From Anaerolineales bacterium (lineage in GTDB: Bacteria > Chloroflexota > Anaerolineae > Anaerolineales > RBG-16-64-43): a stretch of 64,000 bases of DNA. The stretch spans positions 12,066 to 76,065 of the forward strand of contig DAOUDU010000203.1 of NCBI GenBank assembly GCA_034430775.1, read 5' to 3'. The notes under the pieces are model-generated. The model ran no database searches. It saw only the letters and a list, made by a program, of their open reading frames with translations, and was not told the DNA's origin. A program made the position numbers and the translations under genes. Numbering within the stretch: position 1 is the stretch's first letter; each line of letters begins with the position of its first letter. Below are positions 25,946-33,758 of the stretch, in pieces.

Positions 25946-27127
25946 ATGCGGACAGCGATTCGGCGGCTTGGCGGATATTTTCTGCTTTTCATCTGCATCG
26001 GATTGGACATGGCCCTGGTTGGGCCCACGCTGCCGGCGCTGGCTGCGCAAACCGGGAGTACGCTGGGGGCGATGGGCATGGCGTTCTTCCTCAGCGCACT
26101 CGGCTTCTCGCTGGGTACGCTGCTTGGCGGGTCGCTGTTCGACCGGGTTCCGGGGCGGAGGCTGCTGGTCGCCGGACACGGCATCGTCGCGGCGCTCGTG
26201 TTTCTGGTCCCGCACGTGCCGGTCTTCGGGGTGCTGATGGCGCTGTATGTGATAAAGGGAATCGCCGGCGGTGTGGTGCATGTCGGCGCCAACACGCTCC
26301 TGCTGTGGAGCTATGAAGGCAAAGCCGGTCCGTACGTCAATGCGCTGCACTTCTTCTTCGGGCTGGGAGCATTCCTCAGCCCATTCCTGCTAGGGTTGCT
26401 GATCAGCGCCGGCGGTTCGTATGCGGATGCATACCATCTGCTCGCGGTCTTTGATCTGCTGGTGGCGATGGTCATTCTCTTCACGCTCAAGGCACCTGCG
26501 CCGCCGCAGAAAAGCGAACAAAAAGGAGCCGCGGCGGGCAGCGGGGGGTTCCTCATCCCGTTCGTGTTATCGGCGATGCTGTTTCTTTTCTTTTATGTCA
26601 GCGCGGAAATCACCTTCGGGGGATGGATCTTCACCTATGCGATCACACTGGATTTGGCGGATGCCGTGCGCGCGGCGTACCTGACATCCGTCTTCTGGCT
26701 GGCGTTCACGATCGGCCGGTTGATCTCTATTCCCGCGGCCGTACGATTTTCTCCACGGCAGATCATCCCCATTGCGCTGGCCGGAGCCGCCGGCTTTCTC
26801 ATCCCGCTGATCCTGTACCCGGCTGCGCCGGCCGTCGTGTGGATCGCCGCGGCGGGCGCCGGTTTTTGCATGGCGCCGGTCTGGCCGACCGGTTTCACCC
26901 TGGCCGGCCAATCCGTATCCCTGACGGCCCGCATCAGCGGTTTTATTCTGCTCGGCGACAGCATCGGCGGGATGGTCCTGCCGGGATTGACGGGCTGGAT
27001 CATGGAGCGGGCGGGCGCCCCGGCGATGGCGCAGCTGGTCCTGGCGAGTCTCGCGGCGACATTCCTCGCGTATCTCGGTATCCTCTACTTCGGAAATCGC
27101 AGAAAAGAACCGGGTGGAGCGGCGTAG
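25946..27127 (+). CDS. MFS transporter
   Basis: About 12 predicted TM helices. Start set at ATG 25946 (MRTAIRR); the track ORF start at 25706 overlaps the GH1 gene. Confidence 0.85.
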   Translation: MRTAIRRLGGYFLLFICIGLDMALVGPTLPALAAQTGSTLGAMGMAFFLSALGFSLGTLLGGSLFDRVPGRRLLVAGHGIVAALVFLVPHVPVFGVLMALYVIKGIAGGVVHVGANTLLLWSYEGKAGPYVNALHFFFGLGAFLSPFLLGLLISAGGSYADAYHLLAVFDLLVAMVILFTLKAPAPPQKSEQKGAAAGSGGFLIPFVLSAMLFLFFYVSAEITFGGWIFTYAITLDLADAVRAAYLTSVFWLAFTIGRLISIPAAVRFSPRQIIPIALAGAAGFLIPLILYPAAPAVVWIAAAGAGFCMAPVWPTGFTLAGQSVSLTARISGFILLGDSIGGMVLPGLTGWIMERAGAPAMAQLVLASLAATFLAYLGILYFGNRRKEPGGAA

Positions 27128-27264
27128 GCCGTCTTCTTATTTCCGTCCGCAGTCACCGTTTTTTCGGGCGTTAACATTTTTCTGACGCCGGTTATATTTT
27201 TTATTAACATTCTGCGCCTATACTCCAGATATCAAAACCCAAAAAGGGATTTTGGAGGTGGCAT

Positions 27265-27714
27265 ATGGCAAACATAATTCGTTGGGATCCGTTCCGTGAA
27301 ATAAGCAACATGCAGGAAGTTATGGATCGGCTGGCGGACGACGGGTACACCCGTCCCTTCAGCGGCGCGCTGTGGGATGTGTCCTCGGTCCCGACCATGG
27401 ATCTCTATCAGACCGCCGATTCGGTCGTGGTCAAGATGGGCCTTCCGGGGGTCAAGCCCGAAGATATTCAGATTTCCGTGGCCAACGGGGTGCTGACCAT
27501 CCGCGGCGAGGTGAAGGAGGAAAAGGAAGAGAAAGAGAAAACCTACCACCTGCGCGAACGCCGCTATGGGTCCTTCAGCCGCTCCATCTCGTTGCCGAGC
27601 AATGTCAGCGCGGATAAATCGGATGCGGATTTTGAAAACGGGGTCCTGACTCTGACCCTGCCCAAGGCCGAAGAGGCCAAAGCCAAGACGATCGTCGTCA
27701 AGGCAAAAAAATAA
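27265..27714 (+). CDS. Hsp20/alpha-crystallin small heat-shock protein
   Basis: PTMDLYQTADSVVVKMGLPGVKPEDIQISV...GVLTIRGE...FSRSISLP...ENGVLTLTLPK. Confidence 0.93.
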   Translation: MANIIRWDPFREISNMQEVMDRLADDGYTRPFSGALWDVSSVPTMDLYQTADSVVVKMGLPGVKPEDIQISVANGVLTIRGEVKEEKEEKEKTYHLRERRYGSFSRSISLPSNVSADKSDADFENGVLTLTLPKAEEAKAKTIVVKAKK

Positions 27715-27731
27715 AATACATGCGTTAATGC

Positions 27732-27762
27732 AAAAAGGACCGGCCAACGCCGGTCCTTTTTG
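27732..27762 (+). terminator. Rho-independent terminator after hsp20 (also the 5' part of the 71-nt repeat)
   Basis: Stem AGGACCGG / CCGGTCCT followed by TTTTT. Confidence 0.75.
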
Positions 27763-28234
27763 TTGTGCCTATCAGGCTGTAGGACATCCGCGTCCTGCCG
27801 GTCCGTCTCTGGCGGGACTGCGCAAAGGGTTATTCCACCGGCGGAGTGTCGGTCGGAATGGAGGCGTCGTCGGGAATCCGGAGATGCCCGCGAGTAACGG
27901 CAGCTTTGGCCGATTGTCACTAAATTTTCATGACATACCGCGTTGATCCTTGACGGTCATCCTGCCCGCCAATGGACAAGAATAACGGTGGAATGTATAC
28001 GATTAATCCAACCGAAATGCTTTACACTCGTATTTGCGGAAAAGCGTTCGGTTTCATACAGAAATTGCGCCAATCCTGTGATGGGCCGGGTTCAGCAGAC
28101 CCTTGATCCTATTTTTGGATAGCCGTTCCCTTACTGCAAAGGGGTGAGGGAATTAATGATTGCGGATCCAGAGAGTTCCCAAGAGCCGCTTTTTCGGCGC
28201 TATACTGTACTCGTCTTTATGGGATTCATTTGTC

Positions 28235-28792
28235 ATGATTGAATCGCCGCTGATCGAGCCGAGTGATGCGATCTTGGTGACCCGGGCCAGGAATGGGAAT
28301 ACCGATTCATTCGGCTTCCTCTACCGGCGTTACGCAGATTCGGTCTATCGCTACTTGTTCGTCCGACTCGGTGAAACCAAGGAGGCGGAAGAACTGACGG
28401 CGGACGTCTTTTTCCGGTCTTACCAGGCGCTGGAGACGTATCGTGAAAAAGGCAGGCCGTTTTCCACTTTCCTTTACAAGGTTGCGAAAGACGTGCTGAT
28501 CGATCATTTCCGTCGGAAAAAACCGGACATCGGGGTTTCCATCCCCGAACCGGCGCTCGAGTCGCTCTGGCCCTTCGATGAACACGATGCCCGGGATGAA
28601 CAAATCCGGGATCTTCGCCGGGCCATGGATGAGATCCCGTCGAATTACCGCGAGGTGATCATTTTACGGATCATCCTGGCGATGCCGGCCTCCGTGGTTG
28701 CAAATTGGATGAACATGACGGAAGGCGCCACCCGCGTCGTGCTGCACCGCGCGCTTACGGCTTTGCGCGGAAGGCTGCAGGAAGCAATGTGA
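28235..28792 (+). CDS. Sigma-70 family (ECF-like) sigma factor, paralog 1
   Basis: 185 aa, FGFLYRRYADSVYRYLFVRLGETKEAEELTADVFFRSY and region 4 MNMTEGATRVVLHRAL. Collinear with the paralog at 31764-32321. Confidence 0.85.
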   Translation: MIESPLIEPSDAILVTRARNGNTDSFGFLYRRYADSVYRYLFVRLGETKEAEELTADVFFRSYQALETYREKGRPFSTFLYKVAKDVLIDHFRRKKPDIGVSIPEPALESLWPFDEHDARDEQIRDLRRAMDEIPSNYREVIILRIILAMPASVVANWMNMTEGATRVVLHRALTALRGRLQEAM

Positions 28793-29940
28793 AACGCAAA
28801 GAAAGTATTAAGGCCGAACTTCTCGACCGCGCCGTCCAGCGGATGCTGGAAGGGAAAGCGCCGTTTGAGGATTCCGCGCAGGCGGATGCCGGCGCGGAAT
28901 CCGGGCTGCAGCCGCTGTTGGAAACGGCTTCCCGTGTTCGCATTTTGATTCGAGCGCGCGCCCCGTTGCCGGATTTTGTCGCGGGGGTGGAAAGACGCCT
29001 GCTTAAGCAGAAACAAATCCGCCCACCGATTCCGGTACGGCGCAAATCCCCCGTATCGGTCGGCGTCCGCTGGGGGCGGCACCGGACGGCGGCGTTGATC
29101 TCCATATTTACCGTGGTTGTCATAATCGGATCCGGATTGGGCGCGGCTTCCGTATCCGCCCAAGCACTCCCAGGTGATGCGTTGTATCCCGTAAAACGGG
29201 GATTCGAGGAAATCTCCTTAACCTTTTCGTTTTCCACCACCGGCGACGTCCAGTTGCTGGCGGATTTCGCCGACAGGCGGCTGGCGGAGGTTGAGGAAGT
29301 AATCGCGCAAAGCCGGGGATCGGATTTCCTCCCGAGTCTGGAATATTACGAAGAGACGCTCGGCCGATTGGACACCGCGATAAAGGCGCTGACGTCCGAT
29401 TCCGGATATGCCCAATTGAAGAACCTCCAGACGCGGTTTGCCCGCTATGCCTACGTGCTGTCGGCACTCCGGGATCGGGTCCCGGAACAGGCCCGGCCCG
29501 CATTGGATCTCGCCATCGAGCATTCGCGAAAAAGCAAGGAGGCGGTTGAGAAAATACGTCAGGACCGGGACTCGGAATTCGTTCCTCGGGATGAGGAGAA
29601 GTCCTTCACCAAGGAATCCGTTTCGAATGAGTCCGGTCCAAGCTCGACCAAGACACTGGAGACCAATCCGGAAACAACAATTCCGAAGCCTTTACACACT
29701 CCGGAACCCACATCGACTTCTGAATTCACTGTGTCCCCGACGCCTTCCGAAACCCCGGAATCTACGAAGACGCCAAAACCTTCCAAGACTCAAAAGCCCA
29801 CCGATGCTCCAAAACCTTCGAAGACGCCGAAGCCCATCGATATTCCAAAGCCTGTCAAGACACCGAAGCCTGTAGAAACTTTAATTCCTTCCTCGATACC
29901 GGATACCTCGAGTGCCGCCGCGGCCACTAAAATCAAATAG
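28789..29940 (+). CDS. DUF5667-domain single-pass membrane protein (anti-sigma-like), paralog 1
   Basis: GTGA overlap with the sigma stop. One TM helix followed by ALPGDALYPVKRGFEEISL (DUF5667-like start). The helical region ends in a TPKP/SKTPKP-rich tail. Confidence 0.65.
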   Translation: MKRKESIKAELLDRAVQRMLEGKAPFEDSAQADAGAESGLQPLLETASRVRILIRARAPLPDFVAGVERRLLKQKQIRPPIPVRRKSPVSVGVRWGRHRTAALISIFTVVVIIGSGLGAASVSAQALPGDALYPVKRGFEEISLTFSFSTTGDVQLLADFADRRLAEVEEVIAQSRGSDFLPSLEYYEETLGRLDTAIKALTSDSGYAQLKNLQTRFARYAYVLSALRDRVPEQARPALDLAIEHSRKSKEAVEKIRQDRDSEFVPRDEEKSFTKESVSNESGPSSTKTLETNPETTIPKPLHTPEPTSTSEFTVSPTPSETPESTKTPKPSKTQKPTDAPKPSKTPKPIDIPKPVKTPKPVETLIPSSIPDTSSAAAATKIK

Positions 29941-30077
29941 CATCATGTAGGGAGGAACCTCTTCCAAGGCCATAAGGATCTTTGCCAAGGAGAAAACATT
30001 GCTGGACACATGAAAAGGACCGGTGTCAACCGGTCCTTATCATGTGTCCAATCAGGCCATTGGACGGCCGCGTCCTG

Positions 30078-30123
30078 CCGGTCGATCACCGTGCCGGTCG
30101 ATCACCGTGCCGGTCGATCACCG
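30078..30123. repeat. 16-nt tandem repeat CCGGTCGATCACCGTG, about 2.9 copies
   Basis: Direct reading: copies at 30078-30093 and 30094-30109, and a partial copy at 30110-30123. Confidence 0.85.
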
Positions 30124-30141
30124 GCAGTATCGTGCAAAGGA

Positions 30142-30921
30142 TTATCCAGCAGTCTTCGTTGCGGTATCGGTGGGAAGCAGCTCCAATGTCGGGGTATCGG
30201 TGGGTGTGGGGGTCGGGATCTCGGTCGGCGTGGAAGTCACCGTCGGAGTTCCCTCCCCGTCATCCGTCTCCGGATGGACTACGATGCCCTTGGCGGTAAA
30301 CGGTCCGCCGGTCACGTCGCGCGGGGAGATGATCGTCACCCGCCGGCCGACGGCCAGCTCGTCCGCACGGTCCGCGGGGAGGATCTTCGTCTCTTCCGTG
30401 ATCCGGAAGGTATATTCGTTCCCGTCATGGGCCAATATGGTAATGCTGGCACCTGCCGTATACGCCGTCACTTCCCCTACATGATGCTTGGGGGCCGGTT
30501 TTCCGGGCGAGACCGACACCTGAAGCGCGGTGAAGGTGCCGTCTTCTTCCCCGACCGCGCGCACCAGCACGCGTACTCCGACCTGAATATCCGCCAGATT
30601 TGCGTCCTTCAGGGTCGGGATTTTCACGCTCGTCTCTTCATTAACCTGGAAGGTTATTTCTTCCCCGGTCTCGGATTTTACCGTCAGGCTGGAATCTCCG
30701 ACCCAGAGTACTTCACCGGAAAAAATTTCTTTCTTCGGTTTCTGAACCTTGGTGGCTTTTTCTTTCGGGGTTTTCGTGACGACTTCGCGGGTGGGTTTGG
30801 GAGTGCGTGTCTTGGGAGCCTCGGCTTGGGAGTATGGCGCCGGGGCGGGGGAGATTTCCGCGCCGGCCCAAACGGCGGAAAGCAGGCAAAGCGAAGCGGC
30901 GGCAATGGCCAGGGATTTCAT
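30142..30921 (-). CDS. Secreted protein with two DUF5666-like beta domains and a Pro/Thr tail
   Basis: Signal peptide MKSLAIAAASLCLLSAVWAGA. Two repeats of the pattern G-E-V...(L/I)TV/TIL...T-F-x-(V/I)-x-E-E-T...VGxRV... Confidence 0.55.
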   Translation of the reverse strand: MKSLAIAAASLCLLSAVWAGAEISPAPAPYSQAEAPKTRTPKPTREVVTKTPKEKATKVQKPKKEIFSGEVLWVGDSSLTVKSETGEEITFQVNEETSVKIPTLKDANLADIQVGVRVLVRAVGEEDGTFTALQVSVSPGKPAPKHHVGEVTAYTAGASITILAHDGNEYTFRITEETKILPADRADELAVGRRVTIISPRDVTGGPFTAKGIVVHPETDDGEGTPTVTSTPTEIPTPTPTDTPTLELLPTDTATKTAG

Positions 30922-30949
30922 GGGAGAGAACTCCTTTCAACTCGGCAAG

Positions 30950-31426
30950 CTAGTCTTCTTCCGGCTCGTACACGACAATAAATGAAAAGGCGACTTCATT
31001 TCCCTCCAGATCACTTGCGACGCACAGGATTTCGTTCAAGCCTTCCTCGAGCGGAACCCGGGCATAAAACATCCCGTCCGCGCCAGCCACCGTGATTTCC
31101 TCATTGAGGGTGATGACCGTCTCCGCGGGGGCTGCACCGATCACATCCACACGCGCTTCGGTAACCACGTCGTCTTCCTGCGGTGAAAAGAGGGAAACGT
31201 CCGCACCGGAGGGGAAGGTTGCCACGATGCGCGGTTCCCCCATAAGATTTCCCGGCACAGCTCGGGTTTGCGTCACCACGTCGATGGCGCCGTTCGAGTC
31301 GGTTTTTCGATTCGGGATCGAATCGAGGAATAGGAAGTTGGAATTACATGGACAGGCAGCCGAAAGCAATCCCAGGATAAGGATCGGAAGGAACCGGACA
31401 GAACGGATTTCCCGGATGGTTGTCAT
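30950..31426 (-). CDS. Lipoprotein with an Ig-like/beta-sandwich domain
   Basis: Lipobox-like LGLLSAAC. C-terminal VDVIGAAPAETVITLNEEITVAGADGMFYARVPLEEGLNEILCVASDLEGN resembles bacterial Ig-like domains. Confidence 0.5.
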   Translation of the reverse strand: MTTIREIRSVRFLPILILGLLSAACPCNSNFLFLDSIPNRKTDSNGAIDVVTQTRAVPGNLMGEPRIVATFPSGADVSLFSPQEDDVVTEARVDVIGAAPAETVITLNEEITVAGADGMFYARVPLEEGLNEILCVASDLEGNEVAFSFIVVYEPEED

Positions 31427-31763
31427 GTTTTCTCTGTATGCTATATGTCACCTTCCGGGTGACATCGCGCATCGGACCGATTCCGTCATCCTGCCCGCTA
31501 TGTGCATCATGGCCTCGCGGCAGGCCGGATGGCTGGATGCAAGGAAAACGGCGAGGTTCTCAGGTTGTTACAGGAGTGTCCCCTTGACATTCGTCATGCC
31601 GGGATGGGCGCGGTCCCGGGCAGGAATTCCGAAAACTCCCCGGTATTTTCGAGCCTTTCTCTTGCCATATCGTTGCAAAGGCATCGCTTTTATGGATAAT
31701 TTTTACTTTCGGCAGTCCCGTCTCCGCGATATACTGTAACAACCCCTGAGGGAATCCGTTTTC

Positions 31764-32321
31764 ATGACTGATACGACTCCGACAGAACAGAGCGATGCGA
31801 TCCTGGTAGCCCGGGCCAGAGAGGGAGACGCCGAAGCATTCGGATGTCTCTACCGGCGTTATGTGGATCCGATCTACCGCTACCTTTTCGCCCGGCTGGG
31901 AGAATCGAAGGAAGCGGAGGATTTGACGGAAGATGTTTTTTTCCGTGCCTTTCAGGCTCTGGGAACCTACCATGAACGGGGCTGGCCGTTTTCCGCTTTC
32001 CTTTACCAGGTGGCGAAAAACGTGCTGATCGATCATTACCGCCGGCAAAAACCGGAAGTTGGGCTCGCGAACCATGAACTTGCATTCGATTCGCTTCGTC
32101 CCCTCGATGAACGCGTTATCCGGGACGAACAAATGCGTGATCTGCGGCAAGCCATGGAGGATATCCCGCTTAATTACCGCGAGGTGATCATCCTCCGGAT
32201 CATCCTGGCGATGCCGACTTCCGTGGTGGCGAGTTGGATGAATCTGACCGAAGGCGCGACCCGCGTACTGTTGCACCGGGCGCTCGCGTCATTGCGCGGC
32301 AAGGTGCAGGGACGGATATGA
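31764..32321 (+). CDS. Sigma-70 family (ECF-like) sigma factor, paralog 2
   Basis: 185 aa. Ungapped alignment by eye to 28235-28792, with most positions identical. Confidence 0.85.
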   Translation: MTDTTPTEQSDAILVARAREGDAEAFGCLYRRYVDPIYRYLFARLGESKEAEDLTEDVFFRAFQALGTYHERGWPFSAFLYQVAKNVLIDHYRRQKPEVGLANHELAFDSLRPLDERVIRDEQMRDLRQAMEDIPLNYREVIILRIILAMPTSVVASWMNLTEGATRVLLHRALASLRGKVQGRI

Positions 32322-33394
32322 TCAGCAAAGACCGCCTTCAAGCCGATATCCTGGACCGCGCCTTTCAGCGGATGCTGGAAGAGAATGCGGCGATTGCCGA
32401 TTCCACCAAGGGTGAAGAGGGCGCGGTCTCTGACGTTCGCCCGCTGCTGGAAACCGCCGGCCGCGCGCGCGAATTGCTTCCCGCCCGCGGCCCATCGCCG
32501 GAATTTATTGCGGCGAGCGAAGCCCGCCTTCTGCGGCGGATTAAAGCGTCCGCCCCGCGGTCGACGAAGCAAGACTTTCGCTTGGCGGGCAAAGCCCGCT
32601 GGGGCTGGCTCCGATCTGCGGCCTTGGCCGCGGCGATCACCCTGATCGTCCTAAGCGCGGCGGGGTTGAGCGTAACATCCGCATCCGCCAGGGCGCTTCC
32701 GGGAGACGCGCTGTATCCTGTAAAGCAAGGACTCGAAGTGATATCCCTGGCGCTTACCGTGTCCGCGTCCGGAGATGTTGCCCTCTTGGCGGATTTCGCC
32801 GATGCGCGCGTGGAAGAAATCGAGCAGTTGGCTGCGCAGAACCGCGATGCGGATCTCGTCGCGGGATTGGAAAACTATGACAAAACGCTCAGCCACCTGG
32901 ATGGCGCCTTGGATCAGTTGCCGCCCGATTCCATCCAACTGGACGACATCCGGGCGCGGATTACACGGCATACACAAGTGCTGCTTTCCCTCCGGGATCG
33001 GCTTCCTGAACAGGCCCAATCGGCATTGGACCAAGCCGTTGAGCATTCCCAACAAAGCGTGGATCGGATCTGGAGCTTACAAAAGGATCAGGGGACCGAA
33101 GAGATTCCTCCAACTCTGAATAAGGAATCCACCACGGATGCCGGGAAAGGCGATGACGCGTCGTCGCCCACGGAAAAAAAACCGGATACGGACCCTCATA
33201 CCGACACTCCTGAGCTCACAGAAACCTCGGAACCCACAAATACTTTAGAGCCCTCACAGACTCCAAAGGCATCAAAGACGCCGAAGCCCTCGAAGACCCC
33301 GAAGCCCGCTGAGCCCACAAAAACTCCCAAGCCCGCTGAGCCCACAAAAACCCCCAAGCCCGCTAAGCCTACAAAAACCCCCAAGCCCGACTAG
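32318..33394 (+). CDS. DUF5667-domain single-pass membrane protein (anti-sigma-like), paralog 2
   Basis: ATGA overlap with the sigma stop. TM helix then ALPGDALYPVKQGLEVISL. The C-terminal tail carries three 27-nt repeats encoding PKPAEPTKT. Confidence 0.65.
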   Translation: MISKDRLQADILDRAFQRMLEENAAIADSTKGEEGAVSDVRPLLETAGRARELLPARGPSPEFIAASEARLLRRIKASAPRSTKQDFRLAGKARWGWLRSAALAAAITLIVLSAAGLSVTSASARALPGDALYPVKQGLEVISLALTVSASGDVALLADFADARVEEIEQLAAQNRDADLVAGLENYDKTLSHLDGALDQLPPDSIQLDDIRARITRHTQVLLSLRDRLPEQAQSALDQAVEHSQQSVDRIWSLQKDQGTEEIPPTLNKESTTDAGKGDDASSPTEKKPDTDPHTDTPELTETSEPTNTLEPSQTPKASKTPKPSKTPKPAEPTKTPKPAEPTKTPKPAKPTKTPKPD

Positions 33395-33530
33395 TAAAAG
33401 ACATAAGAATAGTTAGAAAATTTTTATTCTTTCAACGGAATGTTTTCGAAAAACCGGGAGCGCCGTTATGAGGGTTTATAAATGAAAAAATCAATTATCG
33501 CGGGTAATTCCGAAACGGGTGTGGACGCAT

Positions 33531-33660
33531 AAACCACAAAGACACGAAGAAGTCAAAGATTGCTATGGCGTCCTCGTGCCTTGGTGGTATGAAAGCTGTA
33601 AAAGGGTTCGCCGAGCAAGGCGGACAATTATCCCACAAAGACACAAAGGCGCGAAGAAAT
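33531..33660. repeat. Copy of the CACGAAG/ACAAAG hairpin repeat (family 1)
   Basis: AAACCACAAAGACACGAAGAAG ... CGTCCTCGTGCCTTGGTGG pairs at 15 of 19 positions by hand. A second half-site CCCACAAAGACACAAAGGCGCGAAGAAATC follows. Confidence 0.6.
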
Positions 33661-33758
33661 CTTATAGAAGTGTTTTTCCCGGCGAATAGTGCCGTATGAA
33701 CAAAAATCCAATTGCCCGGTTCGGGGCCCCCCCGGTGTTTATTGGGGATCGGAATCGG

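Noticed and set aside
27128-27264. Search for CIRCE or another heat-shock operator upstream of hsp20
   Set aside because: No match to TTAGCACTC-N9-GAGTGCTAA or any other convincing dyad was found by eye, so no regulatory call is made.
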